A stretch of 57,970 bases of DNA from Candidatus Tayloriibacteriota bacterium (GCA_016215455.1 JACRJP010000003.1:132657-190626); one strand, 5' to 3'; shown: positions 1-11,229, counted from the first letter of the stretch. A program made the numbers and translations. Notes: generated by a model not told the origin, from the sequence alone.

Positions 1-1146
1 CTTTGCATGACGAATCTTATCATCATCAAGATCTGACAATGAAATCATCGCTGAACGTCGTACACCTCCTGACACTACACAATCTCCCACCATACAGAGA
101 ATGTCATGAACATCAATGTTTTCAAGACGCTTTCCTTGGCGTGACAACATCTTTTCTCGAGTAAAACCGAGAAGTCGTCGAAGCGGTTCAGGACCTGATG
201 ATTTTCCTCCCATAGTCTTCAAACGAGCACCTGCTGGTCGAAGTAATGAATAGTCAAATGAAACATCCTTTCCACTTGCCCATGTTTCCATACCAAGTAC
301 GAAAGCATCACACCATCCTTCCTTACTATCAGCGATAACATGGACTGGAAGAACCTTTCCTGTCTGTGTAGCAATCTGAGGAAGTTTCTGAACATTCTGA
401 CTTTCAACTGACCATCCAGCACCTGTACCACACATAGAGATATACATTACTTCAGCAATATCACGGAATGATTCAGGAGCAATATATGAACAATTGTATG
501 CACATACATTTGTTGTTCGAGCAGCGGGACCTGCGAATTGGAGAAGTCGCATTGATGGCATCGCTTCGTGCTTGAGAATCGCCTCTCGAACTTCTTCGTA
601 TTCAGATTCTTTGAGTTTGTTTCCGAGGTTTTCTTTCATGAAACCGATGTAACGATCAACAGTTTCAATCCATGTCTCTCGGCGACTCTCTGCATCAATC
701 CATTTTGAGTATGTTCGATAGTATACGAACTCTCCCAAAGGGTTACGGAAATACTTTTTACTCTCTTCTGCAAGCTTTTTCACGTGAGCAGGCACTTCAA
801 CACCCTTTGCGCGAAGCTTTGCACGTTCCTCACGATACAAAATATAGTGTTTTGAAGTCTTCACATAGTCAGAAAGGATAAGTTCCTTTTCAACAATATC
901 TTGAATACCTTCAACCGTCGGCACGAAGTTGGCAAACTTCTTTTTGATACGAACAAGTTCTGCGTACACTTTGTTCGCAACAAGCTCAGCTTCTTTGAGA
1001 GAGCCCTCACCAACTGAGCTCATACCCTTAAAGATCGCCTGAACTATTTTATCGAGTTCGAATGGAACTACACGTCCATCTCGCTTCTGAATTGTTTTTA
1101 CAAACTCCTCTTTTTTCGTTTCTGTTTTTTTAATAGTTTTTGCCAT
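1..1146 (-). CDS. nrdJ: Class II (adenosylcobalamin-dependent) ribonucleotide reductase, N-terminal 382 codons including an ATP-cone; C-terminal part lies beyond the left edge
   Basis: Absent from the ORF track because no stop lies in the window. Own minus-strand translation from ATG (rc of 1144-1146): MAKTIKKTETKKEEFVKTIQKRDGRVVPFELDKIVQAIFKG (ATP-cone-like), later YRTYSKWIDAESRRETWIETVDRYI, and GGVRRSAMISLSDLDDDKIRHAK reaching position 1. Open throughout. Confidence 0.8.
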   Translation of the reverse strand, partial: MAKTIKKTETKKEEFVKTIQKRDGRVVPFELDKIVQAIFKGMSSVGEGSLKEAELVANKVYAELVRIKKKFANFVPTVEGIQDIVEKELILSDYVKTSKHYILYREERAKLRAKGVEVPAHVKKLAEESKKYFRNPLGEFVYYRTYSKWIDAESRRETWIETVDRYIGFMKENLGNKLKESEYEEVREAILKHEAMPSMRLLQFAGPAARTTNVCAYNCSYIAPESFRDIAEVMYISMCGTGAGWSVESQNVQKLPQIATQTGKVLPVHVIADSKEGWCDAFVLGMETWASGKDVSFDYSLLRPAGARLKTMGGKSSGPEPLRRLLGFTREKMLSRQGKRLENIDVHDILCMVGDCVVSGGVRRSAMISLSDLDDDKIRHAK

Positions 1147-1362
1147 ACGTGCCTACGAATACTATATTAATAATTTCACCGACGTCACACTATTGTACAT
1201 CAATTTTTTCTCAAAAAAGTATGAGATCAAGCCTAATTTCATTAAGCGACACAAAAAACTTTTCATGTAAATTCCCACCGTAAAAAATCAAGAAAATACG
1301 GCACAAATTAAGCTAAAAAAATAAAAAATCTTCACTACCCTGTAATTTTTTCTAAAAAAACA

Positions 1363-1869
1363 TCAATTTACCTCCTTTTTAGTTGAGTTGTACACAGTTT
1401 TTTGATCAAAAATAACCGTTTGGCCAACTTTTATTCCTCTTTCAGTGATAAAACCTGCGTTTGTTTCAAGAACATAACGACTTGGAGTAACTGATGAATA
1501 TGTTGCCGGGTAGGATTCAGGTGAAATATTCTCATGCAAACCAATGACCCTAAAATTTTGATCCAAAAATATAATATCGATTGAAAATTTCATGTCCTTC
1601 ATCCATATTTTCCAAAAATTATTTGAGTCAAATACAAACAACATACCCTCTTCAGGTTGTAGTGAAGAAAATTTCGATAAACCTATCTCACGATCGGTAT
1701 CCGAAGTCACGACATACAAACGTGTGAGGTATTTTTCAACTTCAATCTTCGAATCAGCAGATGGTGTACTCAAATTATCGGTCGGAGCATATGAAAAACG
1801 ATACACACCTAGTACTAAAACGACCAATATGATACCACCGAGAGAAAAATATCCTATTTTCGAACGCAT
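1363..1869 (-). CDS. DUF192 family protein with N-terminal membrane anchor
   Basis: 168-aa ORF with an N-terminal hydrophobic helix. GMLFVF..WMKDMKFSIDIIFLD..YVLETNAG pattern is typical of DUF192/COG1430. Confidence 0.7.
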   Translation of the reverse strand: MRSKIGYFSLGGIILVVLVLGVYRFSYAPTDNLSTPSADSKIEVEKYLTRLYVVTSDTDREIGLSKFSSLQPEEGMLFVFDSNNFWKIWMKDMKFSIDIIFLDQNFRVIGLHENISPESYPATYSSVTPSRYVLETNAGFITERGIKVGQTVIFDQKTVYNSTKKEVN

Positions 1870-1875
1870 AAAGGG

Positions 1876-2031
1876 TTAGTAACGACGACGAACGATCATA
1901 ACAACACCAACAATGATGAGAAGTACCGGCCAATAGATAAACCAGTTAACACTTGTGAGATTTGGGAGGACTCCAAGATTCTTGAGAAGAAACCCGACCC
2001 CAAGTACGATAAGAATGGTTGCGGCTAGCAT
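1876..2031 (-). CDS. Small two-helix membrane protein (51 aa), function unknown
   Basis: Below the ORF-track size cutoff. Own translation: MLAATILIVLGVGFLLKNLGVLPNLTSVNWFIYWPVLLIIVGVVMIVRRRY. ATG start and TAA stop; sits 6 nt upstream of the DUF192 gene on the same strand. Confidence 0.45.
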   Translation of the reverse strand: MLAATILIVLGVGFLLKNLGVLPNLTSVNWFIYWPVLLIIVGVVMIVRRRY

Positions 2032-2106
2032 TTTACGTGTATTTGATATAGATTAAGGATAACGGTACCAGTATACCGCATATTACTTACTAACTTATAC
2101 ACATAT

Positions 2107-2526
2107 ATGTTGTGCAACGTGAACATTTGGGCATTCCTTGTCGCTTCGATTGTGAGTTTCGGCCTTGGAGCAATCTGGTATTCCCCAGTAATCGGTTTTG
2201 GAAAGCAGTGGATGGCACTTTCTGGTATTGACCCTATCAAAATGCAGGTAGCGTCAACAAAGGACATGGTTCTTCGTTACCTCGCTCAGTTTGCGACAGT
2301 TCTCGTAACAACATTTATCCTTGCTCGTGTAATCTTCATGGTAGGATCAAACACATGGACACAGGGCGCAGTTCTTGCCTTCTGGGTTTGGGTTGGATTT
2401 GTTGCTGCTATATCAGCTGGTTGCCTTATCTGGCAAAAGTCTTCAAAGAAACTCTTCTTCATTAACACAGGATACACTCTCGTAGCACTTGTTCTTTCGG
2501 GAATCATTCTTGCAGCTTGGAGATAA
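2107..2526 (+). CDS. DUF1761 family membrane protein
   Basis: 139-aa ORF with 4 predicted TM helices. GLGAIWYSPVIGFGKQWM motif is typical of DUF1761. Confidence 0.7.
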   Translation: MLCNVNIWAFLVASIVSFGLGAIWYSPVIGFGKQWMALSGIDPIKMQVASTKDMVLRYLAQFATVLVTTFILARVIFMVGSNTWTQGAVLAFWVWVGFVAAISAGCLIWQKSSKKLFFINTGYTLVALVLSGIILAAWR

Positions 2527-2554
2527 CTTCTCATTCTATTCTTAAAAATAGAAG

Positions 2555-2582
2555 AAAAAACACCCACATCTGGGTGTTTTTT
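2555..2582. terminator. Bidirectional rho-independent terminator between convergent genes
   Basis: AAAAA-ACACCCA-CATC-TGGGTGT-TTTTT: perfect 7-bp stem, 4-nt loop, A-run and T-run on either side. Confidence 0.75.
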
Positions 2583-2594
2583 CTTCTTCACACT

Positions 2595-3065
2595 TTAACG
2601 AGATCTCTTTTTCTTTTGCAAAAGATGAATTGGCGAGAGATGTGCAGCGATACCAAATGCCAGAGCAATAATGACAAGATTTTTGATTATATACTGTCCT
2701 TCCATTGTTGGTGTCATGAAGCCCTGCCATGTCACTGGTGCCAAAAAGATAAGTGGCAAAAATGTCATCATCATATGTGGTAACAAAAGTGCAATAGCCA
2801 AACGTTCACATCGAGGAAGAACAAAAGCAATACCAATTATCATTTCATAGATAGCAAAACCAATAATGAACTGCTCAAACGTCATAAACGGTAGAGTTGT
2901 CTCCATGAGATCCTTCACAAGTGGATTAGCAGGACTCGTCCCTATAATTTTCAAGATTCCAAACCAGAAAAAAACAATAAAAAGAGCGACACGAGCTAAT
3001 GGAATACTGATACGACGTACAAAGTGAACAAACCAAATATCAAAGTTTTCAAGTTTTCTTTCCAT
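2595..3065 (-). CDS. Polytopic membrane protein (DoxX/DUF417-like), function unknown
   Basis: 156-aa ORF with 4 hydrophobic helices. No catalytic motif recognised. Confidence 0.6.
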   Translation of the reverse strand: MERKLENFDIWFVHFVRRISIPLARVALFIVFFWFGILKIIGTSPANPLVKDLMETTLPFMTFEQFIIGFAIYEMIIGIAFVLPRCERLAIALLLPHMMMTFLPLIFLAPVTWQGFMTPTMEGQYIIKNLVIIALAFGIAAHLSPIHLLQKKKRSR

Positions 3066-3127
3066 GACAAAATTATAGCATGCACCTATTCTTCACTAAG
3101 ACCATATCCGTGGATTACTTCATGTTC

Positions 3128-3166
3128 AAAATAAAAAGCGCCAGCCGACCCGAAGTCGACCAGCGC
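3128..3166 (-). terminator. Rho-independent terminator of the pilin-like orphan gene
   Basis: Minus-strand RNA forms GCGCUGGUCGAC-UUCGG-GUCGGCUGGCGC (12-bp stem including 3 G-U pairs) followed by UUUUUAUUUU. It lies 11 nt after the stop at 3177. Confidence 0.75.
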
Positions 3167-3176
3167 CGTGAAATTC

Positions 3177-3740
3177 TCAACGCAACCACGGTCGAATGAG
3201 AAGATGAATGTCTCCGATCTGGTTGGTGCCAAAATCGTAGATCACCGATCCTTTCAGATCAGCATTTCGATCTACTGCCATTCCATCGATCATGGCATTG
3301 AGATCTTCCGCGAGACGGAGATCTCCTCCAACGACCATCTCTACAAAAGTCGATCCGGGACGAATCCCAGCCGACTGATAAAACGCGTGAGTGTTCATGT
3401 TGACGTAGGATGCGTTCGTAATCACTGTAGTGACTCGAACTTGGTGGAAAATTCCTGCGTCGAGCAATCGCTCTGAGACAAGGATGCTATCCCAACCAAG
3501 ACAGAAACCGTCACGAAACGTCAACGGATGCTCCCGCGTTGCAAAGGTTGTGTTCTTTGCAAAGTGCAAGAATGTTGCTGACTTTACGGCGTCATACTGA
3601 TTCTTGATCGCCGTCCCGCTCGTTCGCTGATAAGTCTTCAGCAAAGGAGGAATTGTTAGCGTAGCAATGACCGCAAGGAACGCCAAAGCGGTCATGAGCT
3701 CGATCAAGCTGAAACCGCGGCGAGAAGAATTTGAATTCAT
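3177..3740 (-). CDS. Type IV pilin-like protein (prepilin N-terminal cleavage/methylation motif); G+C-rich orphan A
   Basis: MNSNSSRRGFSLIELMTALAFLAVIATL carries the G/FSLIEL class III signal plus hydrophobic helix. I chose the ATG at 3740 over the track's TTG at 3770. G+C visibly higher than the flanks. Confidence 0.7.
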   Translation of the reverse strand: MNSNSSRRGFSLIELMTALAFLAVIATLTIPPLLKTYQRTSGTAIKNQYDAVKSATFLHFAKNTTFATREHPLTFRDGFCLGWDSILVSERLLDAGIFHQVRVTTVITNASYVNMNTHAFYQSAGIRPGSTFVEMVVGGDLRLAEDLNAMIDGMAVDRNADLKGSVIYDFGTNQIGDIHLLIRPWLR

Positions 3741-3823
3741 CGAATAACAGGAGTCTGAAGTTGATGTCAAAACGGCACAATAGAGTTACCGCACACGCGA
3801 TTACTCTATAATTTCCACTGTAT

Positions 3824-3852
3824 ATTATACAACTTATATAATACTTAGTCAA
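3824..3852 (-). promoter_or_regulatory. Sigma70-type promoter upstream of the pilin-like gene
   Basis: Minus strand reads TTGACT (rc 3847-3852) - 17 nt - TATAAT (rc 3824-3829). Confidence 0.5.
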
Positions 3853-3878
3853 ACATCTCTAGGTTACTCAGTAGAGCC

Positions 3879-5582
3879 CTAATCTCGGATGATTCCTCCC
3901 CATTCCACGACAGTAAAGCCTTTTCTCTCTTTTGGAGTAATTGATAAAGGTGTAACAGTAATTGCTTTTTCAAGTGGTTTATAATCCATAAGTATTCGTA
4001 TCACAGAATCCGGTGCTGGAGACACTGACATTGGGGCTGTACGATCTATTTCAGACTCAGAAATAAAGGTAATGAAATAGTATGGAGTACGTGAAAGTCT
4101 TGGCACCCAGAATTCTAGAAAATCTGCACGTTCCTGATCATTCAATCCAAAGAGTGCCAACTTTTCATTGAGAGTTCCTTCAACATCTTCTTTTTTTACT
4201 ACGAATCCTTCTTTTGGAGTTGCTACAATTCCCTCTTCACCTCCTTCCCAGAAAAGATACGGATATTGTTTACCATCAGCAATATTTGTAAGTACACCAT
4301 TTGGTTCTGCTTGTACAAGCCAACCATTTCCATATTCAGGATCGGTAACTGTAAATCCACCAATAGGAGCTACCTTAACATTCACTTTTTCTGATTTTGT
4401 TGGATATAAATAAATTACAGGTTTTGCTTTTTCAGCAGCAGGAACAACATCACTTCGTACAAAAGCAATCCATTCACCTATCTGATGCTTCCAGAAAAAC
4501 ATTGGGTGAGTGGTAATGAATTCAGCGTATGTAATTGTTTCCTTATATTCCCCTGTCTCTGTTTCAGGATTATAAACATATCGTTTAGTTTTTTCATGAA
4601 GACACGCATATACTTTCGGGTATCGTGCAGCATCAACCTCATACACAGTATCTTTAGTAGCAGTTATACCAGTCGGAATAAGAGACGCTTCAAATAGATT
4701 TTTCGGGAGAGTTTCATAACAATCCTGCCAACCATATGCATACTGGCCATATCGATAACTCGCCACTGTTGTAGTTCCCAATGTCCACGTAAGTTGCGGG
4801 ACATCATTAGGATCAATGAAGTTTGGTTCAGGAGAAAAATAATACAACACCCCAAAAGGAAGTCGTACTCTGTATGAAGATACTGGGAATGGAGTAGAGG
4901 TATCTTGATATTGAGTTGGAGCACCTTTAATTACATCAAACCCCGAATCAGTAACACCTACTTTTACATCAGTCAGGGATTCAGAAGATTCAAAACTTAA
5001 ACTGATACTCGGAATAAATTTTCCTTTATCTCTAAATTCAAAATCTTTCTTAATTGAAGCTTCAATGGGTAAAAGATCAGCAAGTGATTGTTCTAGCGAA
5101 TCAATAAGTCCTGTCTTACTGATATGGAAAGGTGATTCTTCATCGAAATATAGACCTGAAATGTGATAGAAATTCTTATCCCATGCTACCAGCTTTCCTT
5201 GTGCATCAACGACAGAATAATAATAATCGTGGACACGTTCGTTATTATATAAAGAATTATACCCATATTTAGTAGTAGTAATAGCTATAGAATTCCCCTC
5301 AAACCTTCCTTTCGTGATACTTCCGACTACAAAAGTAACTAGAGTAGCATTCGGTCGAGAATAGTCTATATTTGAAATATGTGATGGAAGGATTTTAAAA
5401 TCTTTTGGTTGTTTCCATTCTACGGCAGTGTGACTAATATTTTTTTCTAATATCACCGGTGCAACATTCTTGCTTCCCAACAACCACGCAGCTCCAAATA
5501 CTAAAAATGCTAATACAATAACAGCAAGAACAAAAACCCCTTTATGCGTACCTACTGACTGTTGATTTGATTGTGGTTCCAT
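3879..5582 (-). CDS. Membrane-anchored extracytoplasmic protein, function unknown
   Basis: 567-aa ORF with a single N-terminal TM helix (GVFVLAVIVLAFLVFGAAWLL). No motif recognised. Its start overlaps the end of the upstream gene by 31 nt. Confidence 0.75.
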   Translation of the reverse strand: MEPQSNQQSVGTHKGVFVLAVIVLAFLVFGAAWLLGSKNVAPVILEKNISHTAVEWKQPKDFKILPSHISNIDYSRPNATLVTFVVGSITKGRFEGNSIAITTTKYGYNSLYNNERVHDYYYSVVDAQGKLVAWDKNFYHISGLYFDEESPFHISKTGLIDSLEQSLADLLPIEASIKKDFEFRDKGKFIPSISLSFESSESLTDVKVGVTDSGFDVIKGAPTQYQDTSTPFPVSSYRVRLPFGVLYYFSPEPNFIDPNDVPQLTWTLGTTTVASYRYGQYAYGWQDCYETLPKNLFEASLIPTGITATKDTVYEVDAARYPKVYACLHEKTKRYVYNPETETGEYKETITYAEFITTHPMFFWKHQIGEWIAFVRSDVVPAAEKAKPVIYLYPTKSEKVNVKVAPIGGFTVTDPEYGNGWLVQAEPNGVLTNIADGKQYPYLFWEGGEEGIVATPKEGFVVKKEDVEGTLNEKLALFGLNDQERADFLEFWVPRLSRTPYYFITFISESEIDRTAPMSVSPAPDSVIRILMDYKPLEKAITVTPLSITPKERKGFTVVEWGGIIRD

Positions 5583-7387
5583 AAGATAAATGATTGAGAC
5601 TTTAGTATAGCAGACCTAATTTTGTTTGGTAAATTTGTACCTGCAACAATTGAAAGTGTATTCGTACGATCAGCAGGCTCCGCAACAGCGACCTCTGCCC
5701 GACTAATTGAAATCGGGATGAGGTTATATCGTGTTTCTTCATTTCCTAATTCGATATGGACCGCCAGACCCTGTCGTGTTGCATATGAAAAATCTTGATC
5801 AAACATAAAATTACCAAGTGAATAAAATATTGCTTTATTCTTGTATATTTCAACAGGTTGAACGACATGTGGGTGTGCACCGATAACAAGATCTGCACCT
5901 GCGTCGATAAATTTGTGTGCAAGAGTTTTTTGGCGTTCCGTTGGTTCATGAGTATATTCAACACCCCAATGTGGCATCACTACTATATATGAACACTGCG
6001 CACGTGTGGCTGTAATTTCTGCAAGCACAGAAGTTGGGTCAAACGTATAAAGATCGTGGTACCCAATCAAACACACTTCTTTTCCATTGAGTAACAAAGT
6101 GGACGACAAACTTGTGTCATTTCGTGATGAACCAAATGAAATAATTCCACGTTCATTAAGATTATTCTTTGTCTGTCGGAATCCATCTCCCCCAAAATCA
6201 CCCGAATGATTGTTCGCAAGACTTACTGCAGTGATCTTAAGTTTTTTCAAGAGATCAGTGAATAGAGGATTAAATGTAAATCGTAAAATAGAATTATTCT
6301 TACGTGCAATTGATTCATTGTCAGTAATCGTACCTTCAAGATTACCAACAACAGCATGTGTTCCAAGAAAAAGACGTTCAATCTTTCCAAAAAGTGAATC
6401 AACACCGTACTTCTCAGCATGTAGGGCCACACCACGATCAAGCATGATGTCCCCGACAAATAGCACATGAGTATACGGCTCTTTTTCTACAAACTTTTCA
6501 TCAGTAAAATACCCACTGAAATAACTTGTGGTAATCATAAGTTCAGGATCTCCCACAATGTCAGCAGAATTAATTCCCCCTATCTGCACAAAAGTCTTTT
6601 TCTTCTTCGCTTCAGCTACCTTAAGAATTGTTCGAAGAGTTGGTACGGTATCAATATCAAGTCGAGGTAATACCTCATAATCAAAGGATGCTATTGCCTG
6701 TATGGTTAATCGATCATGTATATCAGCAACATACTGAGGTAGATAATGTGAACCATCAATTGAACCGATCACAACAGTATCAGTCATATCAAGTTGTGAA
6801 ATCTGATCAGCAAGTACATCAACACTAGTATTAGAAATATCATCCCTCACAACAAGAGGAATAATTTTTGCATGAGGAAATGCATGTGCAATATATGACA
6901 CGATTCCTGTAATACCGTGTTCAGTAGTGAAAATATCCTCATCCACAACAGCTATGTCTTTTTGTGCAAGAACATCAATAAATTTAGTATCAGCTTCTAT
7001 GTCACCAAGGTGTGTTTTCCATCCATAGCGAGAGGTAATGATGGGAGATCGACCTACTGTCCAATTATTCTGAGTAATTAATATAACTCTAGTAACTTTT
7101 GGATCAGCTACTAGAGCAAACTGTTGTGCAATAACATGTGCAGCAAGGATGTGTTGATTTACAATAAAAATACGAGGTGGTACTGCAAGAGGTTTTGTTT
7201 TCTCAAATGCTTGTACTGACTGAGGAAAAAAATCCACATTATCGTAATAATACATCGAAGAGTGATGACCCTGAGCATCACTTGCTACAAAATGCCGTGT
7301 CGAAGAAGATACTGTGCTATAGATCGCATAACCACCTATGATCACGAGAAGTACACCAACTATAATTGTCAGAACTTTATTCACCAC
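5552..7387 (-). CDS. Fusion of a Memo-like (AmmeMemoRadiSam system protein B-type) domain and a CapA/PGA_cap metallophosphatase-like domain, N-terminally anchored
   Basis: N-terminal TM helix. The Memo-like half has EHGITGIVSYIAHAFP and SIDGSHYLP. The CapA half has LANNHSGDFG, MPHWGVEY and IGAHPHVVQP..LGNFMFDQ. Confidence 0.8.
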   Translation of the reverse strand: MVNKVLTIIVGVLLVIIGGYAIYSTVSSSTRHFVASDAQGHHSSMYYYDNVDFFPQSVQAFEKTKPLAVPPRIFIVNQHILAAHVIAQQFALVADPKVTRVILITQNNWTVGRSPIITSRYGWKTHLGDIEADTKFIDVLAQKDIAVVDEDIFTTEHGITGIVSYIAHAFPHAKIIPLVVRDDISNTSVDVLADQISQLDMTDTVVIGSIDGSHYLPQYVADIHDRLTIQAIASFDYEVLPRLDIDTVPTLRTILKVAEAKKKKTFVQIGGINSADIVGDPELMITTSYFSGYFTDEKFVEKEPYTHVLFVGDIMLDRGVALHAEKYGVDSLFGKIERLFLGTHAVVGNLEGTITDNESIARKNNSILRFTFNPLFTDLLKKLKITAVSLANNHSGDFGGDGFRQTKNNLNERGIISFGSSRNDTSLSSTLLLNGKEVCLIGYHDLYTFDPTSVLAEITATRAQCSYIVVMPHWGVEYTHEPTERQKTLAHKFIDAGADLVIGAHPHVVQPVEIYKNKAIFYSLGNFMFDQDFSYATRQGLAVHIELGNEETRYNLIPISISRAEVAVAEPADRTNTLSIVAGTNLPNKIRSAILKSQSFILWNHNQINSQ

Positions 7388-7437
7388 ATTACTTTAGCAA
7401 ACTTTTGCAGTTCGCAACATTAACAACTCGATGAATA

Positions 7438-8331
7438 CTACCAACTTCCGCTTGATCCACCACCACCAGAACTTCCACCACTAAATCCACCAAATCCTCC
7501 TCCACCTCCAAAACCACCTCCATGTCCTCCACCGATCCACCAAGGTACCCCTCTTCCTGACTTTAGAGAATTTGAAAAAGCTCGCGAGACAATGAAATCA
7601 AAAAGTAATCCGACTGGTACGAGTACAACAAAAATAATTACACTCGTTGCAAACGACACCCAAAAGATTCCTGACACAATAGCGATGACACCCCCAACAA
7701 CACCACCAGCCCACCATGATTTTGAACGAGACAAGATACTCGCAAGCCAGATAATTGGAAATAAAATAATCCCAATTAATGTTTCAATAGAAAAACCTAT
7801 ACCTCCTTGTGACGATGTGGTAGGAGCTATGTATTCTCCCTTAGTTGCTTCTATAATATGATCAACAGCAGCTGAAACTCCTGTATCATAATCCCCTGCC
7901 TTAAAAGCAGGAATAATATCGTTCTGAATAATTGCATTTGATTGTGCGTCAGTCAGAGCACCTTCAAGTCCATATCCGACCTCAATGCGAACCTTACGAT
8001 CATCACGAGCAATGAGAAGTAATATACCGTTATTGTTTTCTTTTGTACCAATTCCCCAATCTCGAAATAGAGCATTGGCGTAATCCTCAACAGCATCACC
8101 TTCAAGAGATGGAATTGTAACAACTGCTATTTCACTACTTGTTTCAGTACGAAACTGAGAAAGTCTTTGAGCAATATCAGCACGAGTTTCTACCGAAAGA
8201 ATATTAGCAAAATCAGAAACATACCCTGTTTGATTTCCTGGACTCTTATATGCATGAACAAAACTTGCCGTAGAGAGAGTAACGACAAAAAAGAGTGCGA
8301 CGACATAAATAGGTCGTACAAAAAACCTCAT
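7438..8331 (-). CDS. TPM-domain protein (YgcG-like) with TM region and Gly-rich tail
   Basis: GYVSDFANILS..EIAVVTIPSLEG..NNGILLLIARDDRKVRIEVGYGLEG, two TM helices and a GGGFGGGGGFGGFSGGSSGGGG tail. Confidence 0.85.
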   Translation of the reverse strand: MRFFVRPIYVVALFFVVTLSTASFVHAYKSPGNQTGYVSDFANILSVETRADIAQRLSQFRTETSSEIAVVTIPSLEGDAVEDYANALFRDWGIGTKENNNGILLLIARDDRKVRIEVGYGLEGALTDAQSNAIIQNDIIPAFKAGDYDTGVSAAVDHIIEATKGEYIAPTTSSQGGIGFSIETLIGIILFPIIWLASILSRSKSWWAGGVVGGVIAIVSGIFWVSFATSVIIFVVLVPVGLLFDFIVSRAFSNSLKSGRGVPWWIGGGHGGGFGGGGGFGGFSGGSSGGGGSSGSW

Positions 8332-8337
8332 GAGATA

Positions 8338-8895
8338 TTACTTAAGATCAACCTTTGGTGCTGCTGCAGCTGCTTGATCAGCTTCAAAATAGACTTTTTC
8401 ATCAAAGCCAAACATTGCTGCTATGACTGAACTTGGGAATCGTTTTGTTGAAAGATTGTAGGTACGAATTGTATCGTTATAATCTTTTCGAGCAACTGAA
8501 ATCCGATTTTCTGTTCCTTCAAGCTGAGCCATGAGTGTCTGTACTGTTTCAGAAGACTTGAGTGTAGGATAATTCTCAACAACTACCAAGAGTCGACCAA
8601 GTGCTGATTCAACATTTTTTACAGCAGTCGCTTTATCTGCCTGATTTTGTGCTCCAGAATATTGAGTACGAGCTGCTGCCAATGCTCCAAATACTTCTTT
8701 TTCTTGAGCCATAATTCCCTTTACTGATTCAACGAGATTAGGAATGAGATCAAAACGTCGTTGATACTGTGTCTCTACCTGTGCCCACTGCGTTGTCGCT
8801 GTTTCATTGAGAGTCACAAGTTTGTTGTATGACATCCAAGCATACAGTGCGAACACAACTACGATAGCAAGAATGATATATCCGATTTTTTTCAT
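8338..8895 (-). CDS. LemA family protein
   Basis: YNKLV..QWAQVETQYQRRFDLIPNLVE pattern. I chose the ATG at 8895 (MKKIGYIILAI) because an extended -10 (TGGTATAAT, rc of 8928-8936) lies just upstream of the track's TTG at 8922. Confidence 0.85.
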   Translation of the reverse strand: MKKIGYIILAIVVVFALYAWMSYNKLVTLNETATTQWAQVETQYQRRFDLIPNLVESVKGIMAQEKEVFGALAAARTQYSGAQNQADKATAVKNVESALGRLLVVVENYPTLKSSETVQTLMAQLEGTENRISVARKDYNDTIRTYNLSTKRFPSSVIAAMFGFDEKVYFEADQAAAAAPKVDLK

Positions 8896-8975
8896 ATTTT
8901 TGAGTTGATTAAACAATAACAATACACATTATACCAGAATTAAACTGAAATTACATAAAAATGCTCAGATACTGA

Positions 8976-9476
8976 CTAGGTTGACAAGCGATGGGTATCT
9001 ACGTCAAACCACGCGAGATTGTCATCGAGTTTGAGTCGGATAACATTACCCTGTCCGCTCTCAGACACGATGTGTCCCTGAATCATGAAGGCTTGTAGCA
9101 GTTTCTCCAATTCTTGCCTACTACCTAAAGCGTGAGCACGCTTGATAAAAGGCAACTGTGTGAGGCTGCTATAGGTTCCCGGTTCAGTTGGATCAATCTC
9201 AATCCGATGCACTGGCAAACCTTGTGTGTTTATCGATGGTCCATACGGAGACAACAATCCGCCATTACATAAAACCCAAGATACTGGTTGGGCTTCGCCA
9301 TCAACCATCAGCTCGAACCACGCAAACATTCGTGCAAGAACCGCGCTTGAGAAAGAAATCTCGAAAGGAATTTTGGGCTGACCTTCGTTTACATCGAGAT
9401 TCCGTCGAAGTATGTTGTCGACCGGAACGCAAAACCGAAAGATGGCCAGTGGTTTACAGGGAGTGGGAGGATTCAT
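8976..9476 (-). CDS. Hypothetical protein, G+C-rich orphan B
   Basis: 166-aa ORF with no recognisable motif. Composition is distinct from the flanks. TTGACA (rc 9539-9544) - 17 nt - TAGGGT lies upstream, abutting the groEL stop. Confidence 0.5.
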   Translation of the reverse strand: MNPPTPCKPLAIFRFCVPVDNILRRNLDVNEGQPKIPFEISFSSAVLARMFAWFELMVDGEAQPVSWVLCNGGLLSPYGPSINTQGLPVHRIEIDPTEPGTYSSLTQLPFIKRAHALGSRQELEKLLQAFMIQGHIVSESGQGNVIRLKLDDNLAWFDVDTHRLST

Positions 9477-9544
9477 AAGGGAATTGAAAAGGACAGTGAA
9501 CTTTAAGCTCCTTAAACCCTATACCCTTGCAAAATTAGTGTCAA

Positions 9545-11218
<1,674 letters not shown>

Positions 11219-11229
11219 TTAATGAATAA

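Noticed and set aside
1147-1362. NrdR boxes or a cobalamin riboswitch upstream of nrdJ.
   Set aside because: Two AT-rich words (TGTACAATAGTGTGAC and ATTAATATAGTATTCG on the coding strand) match the NrdR consensus only about half-way and are 28 nt apart rather than the usual phasing. I saw no B12-box-like element. A PWM or covariance-model scan would be needed.
3113-3805. GATTACT words (3113-3119 and 3799-3805) as direct repeats flanking orphan A. Similar short words occur near orphans B, C and F.
   Set aside because: A 7-mer match between two ~100-nt AT-rich flanks is expected by chance. Only the 15-nt pair around orphan D stands out.
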